Assembly: GCA_035946615.1 (NCBI GenBank) | Contig: DASYZB010000008.1 | Location: 40,273 to 104,272, forward strand | DNA from: Verrucomicrobiia bacterium | Lineage (GTDB): Bacteria > Verrucomicrobiota > Verrucomicrobiia > Limisphaerales > UBA8199 | DNA length: 64,000 nucleotides | Direction: 5' to 3' | Shown here: positions 35,194-42,357 of the stretch, one piece after another | Numbering within the stretch: position 1 is the stretch's first letter | Layout: each line of letters starts with the position of its first letter | The notes under the pieces: generated by a model | The model's input: only the letters and a program-made list of their open reading frames with translations | Databases searched by the model: none | What the model was told of the DNA's origin: nothing | Made by a program: the position numbers and the translations under genes

Positions 35194-36869
35194 GAGGTGG
35201 TTGCCAGCCTGGCCGTTCCGGCGGACAGCACCGGTTCAGGGGATGAGGCCTCGGATTCGAGGACGAGCCTGCGGCGCACTGGCCGGAGGTGAAAGATTTT
35301 AAAGATGGATACGAAGATGATGCCGAAGGAGGTGGAGGAATAGGCCGCCATCAGGCTCGGTTTGATCACCCCCAATGAAACCAGGATGAGCGAGATGATG
35401 GTGCCCACAAACCCCAGGTACAGGCCGGCATCAAAGAGATGGTCCTCGTTCTCGAGCAGCCTCAACTTGATGCGCGACGACACCTTCTGGCGCCGGATTT
35501 CAGCCAGCTTAAAGAGGCTGGCCAAATACAATAAGGACTGCAGCACGAAAAACAGCAGCAGGGTCAATAGACTCAGGTTATTCATAAACGTTAATGACTT
35601 GTTATTGTTGATAGCACCAGCAGGAACCACGCTGCCCACCATGGGCAGATGGAGACGGAACGGAAAATCAATTCTCTGGCTTTCCTGGGACAAGAACGGC
35701 TCGGTGAGCAGAAGAACCACCAGCAAAAACCCCAGCGCGAACAAGATTTCGCGGGCAATGTGGATTCCACGCACCTGCAGCGGCTGCTCGAGCGTCGAGG
35801 CCGGTGGTCGCGCAAAATGCAGGGAGGCGGCGAGCAAAAAGCCGCTGACAAGGTATAGAAACCATTTCAGGCCCATCGCAACCTGGGGCATCCGCAAACA
35901 CCAATCCAATCCCACGGCGGGCAAGCCGGAGAAAAACAGGACCTGGTCTCGTCGCAGCAGCTCGGTAACGCCGCCCGCGCCGAATCGGAGGCTGTTGCCG
36001 AGGTCATTCAGGCCGGTTTGGCTGAAGTCCATGAGGTACTTGGCCACCCGGGCCGGCTGGCCGGAGAGTTGCACGGCGGCGTAGATGATCGGCAGTTGGC
36101 GGTCGGCCTGGCGGACGAGGTTCGAAAAGAGACGCAAGGTTTCTGCATCCTGAATAGGCCGGACGAATACAACGAGTTGGCTCCAGTTGAAGCGTTGACC
36201 CAGGGACATCAAATCCAGCAGCAAGTGCTCCAAAGGCAACGAACCCTGCCCGCGATTGGCTTGCTGAGCCAGGGCCGTCACGGTGTGGTTGAGACCCGAG
36301 GTTAACTGGCCTTCTTCAAGGAGTAGGCCGCACAAGCCGATGGCTGCATCCAGGGCCTGGCCGGAAGCGGACTGGGACGGCGAGAAAATGGTTGTATTGG
36401 TCAATGTGCGGCATTGGAGGAGTTCCTGGACGACCGGACGTGAGGATGCCTTGAGCAGCTCAAGGACGGTCTGCCTGTTTTGCTGGCGAATAATCCATTC
36501 GGTGAGCGGCTCGGAGCCGGTTTTGGGCAGACGCGGGTCGCTGGTAAAGAGCACATCCAGGTGATACTCGCCCCCACCCCAGACCTGCCAATCCGGGTGC
36601 TGCGCCGTCAGCTTCGAGACTGCTTGCGAGAGCTTTTCCCTGCCCGGAACGCGTTCCTGCTGGGCGGCGCCGAGCAGCAACTCGGCAGCCCCCAATTGCT
36701 TGTCGTTTACGAGGTCCAAACCCTGGTCAATCAGGGTAGGGGTGTGGTCGCTCGCCTTGCGGAGGATGCTCCCATCGACCGCTCGCAAATGTACAGGCAT
36801 CAGCAACCCACAGGCAAGCATCGCCAGACCAAGGACGGCGCAAGTTAAGGTCCATGTCCAACGGTTCAT
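35190..36869 (-). CDS. polytopic membrane protein with MotA/TolQ/ExbB-like C-terminal helices
   Basis: I prefer ATG 36869 (MNRWTWTLTCAVLGLAML); the track start at 36887 is a TTG. There are six predicted TM helices. The last two read AGLYLGFVGTIISLILVSLGVIKPSLMAAYSSTSFGIIFVSIF, compared with ExbB VGLFGTVWGIM...APGIAEALLATAIGLVAAIP. Confidence 0.45.
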   Translation of the reverse strand: MNRWTWTLTCAVLGLAMLACGLLMPVHLRAVDGSILRKASDHTPTLIDQGLDLVNDKQLGAAELLLGAAQQERVPGREKLSQAVSKLTAQHPDWQVWGGGEYHLDVLFTSDPRLPKTGSEPLTEWIIRQQNRQTVLELLKASSRPVVQELLQCRTLTNTTIFSPSQSASGQALDAAIGLCGLLLEEGQLTSGLNHTVTALAQQANRGQGSLPLEHLLLDLMSLGQRFNWSQLVVFVRPIQDAETLRLFSNLVRQADRQLPIIYAAVQLSGQPARVAKYLMDFSQTGLNDLGNSLRFGAGGVTELLRRDQVLFFSGLPAVGLDWCLRMPQVAMGLKWFLYLVSGFLLAASLHFARPPASTLEQPLQVRGIHIAREILFALGFLLVVLLLTEPFLSQESQRIDFPFRLHLPMVGSVVPAGAINNNKSLTFMNNLSLLTLLLFFVLQSLLYLASLFKLAEIRRQKVSSRIKLRLLENEDHLFDAGLYLGFVGTIISLILVSLGVIKPSLMAAYSSTSFGIIFVSIFKIFHLRPVRRRLVLESEASSPEPVLSAGTARLATTS

Positions 36870-37118
36870 TAATTTATCCCAGCTCAATATAAGTTAGAAA
36901 CAATCGATGTCAGCCTGGAAAATCCCTCGGTACGCGCCTGTGGGATTTAGCATTTTGATAATCACTGCAGGCCGCCAATTCATTCTCAAAATTCAGAATA
37001 TCAGAAGCATTCGACGTTCCAAGAGGAATTCCTGTTCAAGAAAGGTGATGAGCCAATCCAAACCAAAAAAACTTCACTTGCCTTTGCAGCCCTTGGACGC
37101 ATTCTTTGCAAAACGGCC

Positions 37119-37769
37119 ATGGCCCTGATGGACAACAATCTCGGTGCTCTCGAGGACTCCGCTTTGGTGCTGCAGGCCAAGGATGGGGATTTGGATGCTT
37201 TTGAGACATTGATCAATCGCTACGAACGCCGTGTCTATTCGCTGGCCTTGCGCATGCTGCGCCAGGAGCAGGACGCCGAAGACGTGACGCAGCAGACCTT
37301 TCTCAGCGCCCTGGAGAATCTAAACGGATTTCGCGGCGAGGCGAGTTTTGTCACCTGGCTTTTGCGGATCGCCACGCACGCCGTCCTGAAGGTAATCCGC
37401 AAACGCAAAGGGCTGCAGACCGTCTCACTGGATGAAGGCTCGGAGGACACCAATGCCCCCGATCATGTGCCCCATCCGGAATACATTGCCGATTGGCGGC
37501 AATCGCCCGAAGAATTGGTCCAGAGAAACGAAGTCCGGCGTCTGCTGGATGAAGCCCTCGAAGCTCTGGATGAGAAACATCGCCTGGTCTTCCTTTTGCG
37601 CGATGTCGAGGGATTATCCATCAAAGAAACCGCCGAGGCCTTGGGGCTAACCGAGGCCAATACCAAGGTGCGTCTGCTCCGGGCACGTCTGCAGCTCCGG
37701 GAGTTGCTGACCCGAGCATTGGGCGACCCGGAGCGGCGAGTTGAGCGGGCGGCGGATCACAAGCATTAG
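37119..37769 (+). CDS. ECF-type RNA polymerase sigma-70 factor
   Basis: Region 2 reads DLDAFETLINRYERRVYSLALRMLRQEQDAEDVTQQTFL. Region 4 reads LDEKHRLVFLLRDVEGLSIKETAEALGLTEANTKVRLLRAR. Confidence 0.9.
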   Translation: MALMDNNLGALEDSALVLQAKDGDLDAFETLINRYERRVYSLALRMLRQEQDAEDVTQQTFLSALENLNGFRGEASFVTWLLRIATHAVLKVIRKRKGLQTVSLDEGSEDTNAPDHVPHPEYIADWRQSPEELVQRNEVRRLLDEALEALDEKHRLVFLLRDVEGLSIKETAEALGLTEANTKVRLLRARLQLRELLTRALGDPERRVERAADHKH

Positions 37770-37816
37770 AGGGTGAGATGTCAGGGCGTGTTTTGAAAAT
37801 GGAGGGGTCCCGCTCC

Positions 37817-37882
37817 TCCTCGTCCTCGTCCTTCGTCCTCGATTTTCAGGTCTTTCGAGAACGAGGACGACCACGAGGACGA
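37817..37882 (+). promoter_or_regulatory. long imperfect hairpin (GAGGACGA-type repeat) between the sigma and anti-sigma genes
   Basis: The left arm tcctcgtcctcgtccttcgtcctcga pairs with the right arm tcgagaacgaggacgaccacgaggacga across a 12-nt loop (about 22 pairs, with a few mismatches or bulges). A T-run (ctcgcttttt) lies about 12 nt downstream. Confidence 0.6.
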
Positions 37883-37969
37883 ATGGCGGAAACTCGCTTT
37901 TTAAAACAGGCTCTCGAGGGTGTAACTTTTTGTGCTTTGATGGCTCGATACTAAGGCAAGCATGATCGT

Positions 37970-38221
37970 ATGAGGTGTGAAGAACTGCTCGCTCTGTTAA
38001 ACGAATACGTGGATGGGACGGTGGACCCTGCCATCTGCGAGGAATTTGACAAGCACATGGCTGGCTGCAATCCCTGCCAGGTCGTTGTGGATAATATTCG
38101 CAAGACCATCACTCTCTACAAAGCAGGGGAGCCCTACGAACTGCCCTCCCAATTCCGCGGGCGCCTGCATGCCTTGGTGCGTGAGAAATGGAAACAGAAC
38201 CGCCCGCCGCGGGCGTCTTAG
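37970..38221 (+). CDS. soluble zinc-binding anti-sigma factor (ZAS, RsrA-like)
   Basis: The 83-aa protein has no TM segment. It carries C3 ... H29-x3-C33-x2-C36 (CEEFDKHMAGCNPC). The C-to-H spacing of 26 residues is the same as C11/H37 in Streptomyces RsrA. Confidence 0.8.
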   Translation: MRCEELLALLNEYVDGTVDPAICEEFDKHMAGCNPCQVVVDNIRKTITLYKAGEPYELPSQFRGRLHALVREKWKQNRPPRAS

Positions 38222-38280
38222 CTGGGGGAGCGTGGAGCGCGGGAAGGGAGCTTCAGGTTTTGCCCCTCGCTTGCGAGCCC

Positions 38281-40278
38281 TTATCGATGGCCGCCCCCGC
38301 CCCCATGACCGCCGCCACCGAAGCCGCCGCCCCCATGGAAACCTCCGCCGCCACCGCCATGGAAACCACCACCGCCGCCGCCATGAAATCCGCCACCCCC
38401 GAAGCCGCCGCCACGGACGCCACCACCGCCGAAGCTGCTAATATGGGAGCCCCCGAAGCTGCCACCGCGGACTCCACCGCTATAACCGCCGCCCCATGAA
38501 CGCGAAGGGCTGGCTCCGCGAAAACCGCCATAGGCGCCGCCACCGTAAGAGCGCGGCGCGGAATTCATTGCGAAGCTGCGTCCACCGCCGTAAGAACGGT
38601 TTCCATAGCTTCCATAATATCCTCTATAAGCCCCGCCCGCCGGGGCCGAATACCTCGGGGCGGCATAGCTTTGAGCGCTGTACCCGTTGCCGGCGTAAGT
38701 CTGAGTGCGGTAGCCGCTCCACGCATTGCCGGCAGATGGCGCCGTTCGATACGAGCCGAATGAGCCGGCTCGGGCCGTGTTGTAAGCCGAGGCCCGAGAC
38801 GCTTGGCCACCATAGGCGCTTGCGCCGTTGCGATAAGCTCCGTTAGCGCCTGTCCAGCTTCGACCAGCCCATGCACTGCTGGTGCCGCCACGAGGGGCGG
38901 TGGCAGAACTCGCAAATGTTCTCATGTTGGCGCTGCGACCAAATGTCGAGGCTCTGCCGGCCAGAGAGGCGCTGCGTTGCTGGCCAGCCCTCGCCCACCA
39001 ACTTCTGCCGCTGGTTGCCGTGCTGGATCCAATACGGCTCTGGGAATTGACTCGGCTGAACTGGGCTAGTGAGCCGTTCGGACGAGCGGGTGTTCCGAAA
39101 AAGCTGTTCCCACCTCGACCGTTGTGCCAAAAACCGGAGTTGTTGCGATTCCCAAACGCCCCGCCGCGCCCCGCCGTTAGGCCGTTGTGATCTCCAAAGC
39201 GATTTCCAAAGCGGTCGCCGAATCGGCCTCCGAACCGGTCCCGGTCGCCGAACCTATCTCCGAAGCGTCCACCACCCCAAAACCCATCATCACCGAAGCC
39301 ATCAAACAAACAAACCGAGCCGAAGCCGAAGGGGTAGAAGTTGCAGCCGCCCCAGAACCCGCAAGGAGCCCACCAGCACCATGGGGTAGGGGCTACCCAG
39401 TTCGGGCCCCAGTCAAAATAGAAATCAGGGCTCGTATCATAATAAGGATAATAATCAGGAGAGGCATAATAGTCCGGAGCGTAGGACGGAGGATAATAAA
39501 CGGGGGCTGGGGCCTCGTAGCCCAACGGAGCGACTTGGTCCGAATACAACGCCTGAGGGGCGGGCGCGACCTCTGGCGCCGGGCCGACTTGAGGCGCCGC
39601 GGGGACCTGAGGCGGATATTGGTATTGCTGGTATTGCGCGGGCGCAGGCTGCGGGTTGGGTGTATTGCTTGGAGTAGAGCCGGGGGCCGCGGTTGCCCCT
39701 TGGGTGCTGGCCTGACTTTGATAAGCATTCTTGGCGGTATTATAAGCCTGTAGATAAGAGGGGCGACCCAGAAGAAGGTTGCGCACCTTGGCTAAACCAT
39801 CTTTCGTGTTGGCCGGCATGCTCGTCTTATCCGCCTTCATGTCGTACCAGGCGACAATCTCACCGGCAGTGTGGGCGACAAAGACGTTTTCGGGATCAAG
39901 TTGGCCTGCCAGGTTGATGGCTGAAATAGCCTCCGGCATTTGGCCGCGCCTCGCATCCACATAGGCCACAACGCCCCAGCCGATGCCATTGTTCGGGTCC
40001 AGGGTAGTCAGGGTTTGGGCCTGGTGAAACGCAATCTCGGGCAGGCCCAGGTCAATCATGCGGCTGACGTAGGCCTCGTAAAGCTTGGGATTGTTCTTAT
40101 CAGTGGCAAAGCCGCTGGCGTAGGCGGCCACGGCTGCGGATGGATCAGGCGCCTGCTCGATGGCTTCTATGGCAGCGTTCTTGCGCGGTGGATTTGTCAC
40201 TGCCGGTTGCCCCCAAGCTGCTGACAACAGGGAGCTTACAACCAACCAGCTCCAGGAGACTTTTGATAATGCCTTCAT
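38281..40278 (-). CDS. secreted TPR-like protein with ~430-aa Gly/Arg/Ser/Tyr/Phe low-complexity tail
   Basis: I prefer ATG 40278 (MKALSKVSWSWLVVSSLLSAAWG, signal-like). The first ~200 aa or so are helical-repeat (TPR-like). Then come a P/Q/Y-rich segment, RFGD repeats (GGRFGDRFGDRDRFGGRFGDRFGNRFGD), an S/R/G/A/Y-rich segment and the terminus GGGFHGGGGGGFHGGGGGGFHGGGGFGGGGHGGGGGHR. Confidence 0.6.
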   Translation of the reverse strand: MKALSKVSWSWLVVSSLLSAAWGQPAVTNPPRKNAAIEAIEQAPDPSAAVAAYASGFATDKNNPKLYEAYVSRMIDLGLPEIAFHQAQTLTTLDPNNGIGWGVVAYVDARRGQMPEAISAINLAGQLDPENVFVAHTAGEIVAWYDMKADKTSMPANTKDGLAKVRNLLLGRPSYLQAYNTAKNAYQSQASTQGATAAPGSTPSNTPNPQPAPAQYQQYQYPPQVPAAPQVGPAPEVAPAPQALYSDQVAPLGYEAPAPVYYPPSYAPDYYASPDYYPYYDTSPDFYFDWGPNWVAPTPWCWWAPCGFWGGCNFYPFGFGSVCLFDGFGDDGFWGGGRFGDRFGDRDRFGGRFGDRFGNRFGDHNGLTAGRGGAFGNRNNSGFWHNGRGGNSFFGTPARPNGSLAQFSRVNSQSRIGSSTATSGRSWWARAGQQRSASLAGRASTFGRSANMRTFASSATAPRGGTSSAWAGRSWTGANGAYRNGASAYGGQASRASAYNTARAGSFGSYRTAPSAGNAWSGYRTQTYAGNGYSAQSYAAPRYSAPAGGAYRGYYGSYGNRSYGGGRSFAMNSAPRSYGGGAYGGFRGASPSRSWGGGYSGGVRGGSFGGSHISSFGGGGVRGGGFGGGGFHGGGGGGFHGGGGGGFHGGGGFGGGGHGGGGGHR

Positions 40279-40392
40279 AGTCCAGGGCCATTTTTCAATA
40301 TACACTTTACGCCAACTTCTCTGCACTGCCTCCCCTTCTGAGTTCAACTAAGTATAAGACGTATAACCCATGAATGCAATTCATACTGGCTT

Positions 40393-41175
40393 TCAGACTG
40401 TGGACAAGACTTCGTGTTGGGGTTTGCTCGCGGCCTTTGCAGCCGCAAGAATAGGCGCGGTGGAGCCCAATGATGTCTGACGCATCATCAGGGCGTCACT
40501 AATGATGGCCGCCGCCTGCGCATCGGAGAGGTGATCCGTATTAATCGTTAGATCGTAAAGCAGCACATCCGAAACCGGGGATTGGAAATAGTGTTTGGAA
40601 TAGCGAGCGCGCCCGCGGTCGGCGCGCTCGATCCAGCCTCGCGCTGCTTTGCGGCTCACCTGGTCCCGGGCCTGGATGCGGGCAATGCGCCGTTCGATCG
40701 ACCCGACAAGCCGCACATGAAGGACGTTGGGCAAATCACGGGCAATGGCGTTCACGGCCCATCCCACGATGACGACATTGCCTTCCTCGACCAATTTGTG
40801 GATCGTCTCGATGGACTGCTGGACCAGCATCCAGGAAGGAGGATGCAAACCGAAGATTTCGTCCATCATTTCATCCACCGCGCTGTGGGCGTCTTCGGGG
40901 AGGAATTTGGCCAGGCGCATTGGCAGGTGATGGTCTTCCAGCACCTTCGCCACAAGATTCCTGTCAAATACCCTCCAGGCTGGCGTGGGAGCCGGCGCGC
41001 GTGATTGCAGGTTTTCCGCCACCCGCCGCGCAATGGGAAATGCGCCCGAGCCTGCCTGGGCCGAAAGCGCCAACGCCAACCGCTTCGGTTCTCGAGGGCC
41101 GGTCCAAATCAGAGGTTCGATCTGCTTCGGATAGCTATGAATATTTGCTAATTTCTTTCCGATACTTATCGGCAT
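40393..41175 (-). CDS. cytidylate-kinase-like family protein (weak call)
   Basis: I prefer ATG 41175 (MPISIGKK..). The size and general layout resemble the cytidylate kinase-like family, but there is no clean P-loop. Treat the function as unknown. Confidence 0.35.
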   Translation of the reverse strand: MPISIGKKLANIHSYPKQIEPLIWTGPREPKRLALALSAQAGSGAFPIARRVAENLQSRAPAPTPAWRVFDRNLVAKVLEDHHLPMRLAKFLPEDAHSAVDEMMDEIFGLHPPSWMLVQQSIETIHKLVEEGNVVIVGWAVNAIARDLPNVLHVRLVGSIERRIARIQARDQVSRKAARGWIERADRGRARYSKHYFQSPVSDVLLYDLTINTDHLSDAQAAAIISDALMMRQTSLGSTAPILAAAKAASKPQHEVLSTV

Positions 41176-41486
41176 ACATTTTCTCCATCCACATTGTTTC
41201 TTGAATTCAAAAACGGCCCCTGCTCCTCCCCACAACTTTTCCTGTGGGTAATCCGCTGGGTCCAAACGGAACGGGCATGGCCCAACATTTCCCGTTCGGG
41301 AAGAGCCGCTTCCGTACCAAAGTATAATAAACCATAATTCGCTTTATTTCCTGCCCTTTTTACCCACTTGTCCCTGGGCCGCCCTTGGAACAGGACACTT
41401 TCGGTTCCACCTGTGGTCTGCGGGCTTCCACCTGTAACTTTTTGTGCGGTCACGGCTCAATCCCCTTAGAAACGAGAAAGTCGAAT

Positions 41487-41867
41487 ATGAAAAATATAAG
41501 CGAACTGAACCAAAGCAGCTTTGAAACCGAGGTATTGCAATCGAACCTGCCGGTGCTGGTGGACTTTTACGCGCCGTGGTGCGGCCCGTGCAAAATGCTG
41601 GCGCCGCTTCTGGAGCAACTTGCGGCGGAATTCGTGGGCCGAATCAAATTCACCAAGCTCAATGTGGACGATGCGCCGGAACTGGCAGGGGCCTATGAGA
41701 TTACCGGGGTGCCGACGTTGATGCTCTTTCGAGGCGGCCAGGCGGTGGATACGCAAGTCGGTTTCGTAGCGCCCTCGGCGTTGAGGGCCTGGCTTCAAAA
41801 GGCCGCCGCTGTCGTCGCCCCGCAAGGCTCTGCGGCTTCACAAATGCTTAACCAGGAACGGCCATGA
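41487..41867 (+). CDS. trxA: thioredoxin
   Basis: The active site reads LVDFYAPWCGPCKMLAP, and GVPTLMLFRGG is also present. ATG 41487 (MKNISELNQSSFETEV) is preferred over the track start at 41385. Confidence 0.9.
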   Translation: MKNISELNQSSFETEVLQSNLPVLVDFYAPWCGPCKMLAPLLEQLAAEFVGRIKFTKLNVDDAPELAGAYEITGVPTLMLFRGGQAVDTQVGFVAPSALRAWLQKAAAVVAPQGSAASQMLNQERP

Positions 41868-42031
41868 TTGTGCGCATTCTTATCGGTGCGGCGGTTGGGA
41901 GCGGACTTGGCTTTGCCTGGTACAAGTTTGTTGGCTGTTCGACAGGGACCTGTCCGCTAACCAGCAATCCGGTCATCAGCACGATTTACGGGATGATAGT
42001 CGGCGCGCTCATAGCCGGCAGCATTCATTAA
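41864..42031 (+). CDS. 55-aa membrane protein with a GC.TGTCP motif (resembles the family I recall as DUF6132); not in the ORF track
   Basis: The translation is MIVRILIGAAVGSGLGFAWYKFVGCSTGTCPLTSNPVISTIYGMIVGALIAGSIH. Its ATG overlaps the trxA stop (ATGA). It has two hydrophobic segments flanking C-x4-C. Confidence 0.5.
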   Translation: MIVRILIGAAVGSGLGFAWYKFVGCSTGTCPLTSNPVISTIYGMIVGALIAGSIH

Positions 42032-42033
42032 CC

Positions 42034-42056
42034 AGACTCGTTACGTCGTCTCCTGC
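42034..42056 (+). repeat. solo half-site of the 23155-23230 inverted repeat
   Basis: agactcgttacgtcgtctcctgc compares with agactccttacgtcgtctcctac (23211-23233). The identical core is TTACGTCGTCTCCT. I saw no partner arm nearby. Confidence 0.55.
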
Positions 42057-42077
42057 AAACAGCAAAGGAATTCTTTT

Positions 42078-42320
42078 ATGGAAATGATTATTCGCAGATT
42101 CGCGGGGAGTTTCATCTTGATTAGCCTGCTTTTGGCTCATTATCACAGCGCGTATTGGCTGTGGTTCACGACCTTTGTCGGCCTGAACCTGTTGCAATCC
42201 TCCTTTACGAACTTTTGCCCTTTAGAAATCGTTCTGCGGAAGCTTGGCGTGGGGCAAACCTGCTGCTGCGCTGAAAAAGCCGCTGCGTCCTGCTGCGCCA
42301 AGCAGGAGGTTGAACGGTAA
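42078..42320 (+). CDS. DUF2892 (YgaP C-terminal-like) membrane protein with Cys-rich tail
   Basis: RFAGSFILISLLLAHYHSAYWLWFTTFVGLNLLQSSFTNFCPLEIVLRKLGV is typical of DUF2892. An additional tail reads GQTCCCAEKAAASCCAKQEVER. Confidence 0.7.
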   Translation: MEMIIRRFAGSFILISLLLAHYHSAYWLWFTTFVGLNLLQSSFTNFCPLEIVLRKLGVGQTCCCAEKAAASCCAKQEVER

Positions 42321-42357
42321 ACAGGACCGCGCGCCGGCTTGCAATTATCGAGATGCT

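Noticed and set aside
37025-37050. GGAAT upstream of the ECF sigma gene, and GGAAC upstream of trxA, considered as SigR-type (GGAAT-N18-GTT) promoters.
   Set aside because: The expected GTT is not at the right spacing in either case (ATG/GTG-containing sequence is found instead). I cannot support a promoter call from the sequence alone.
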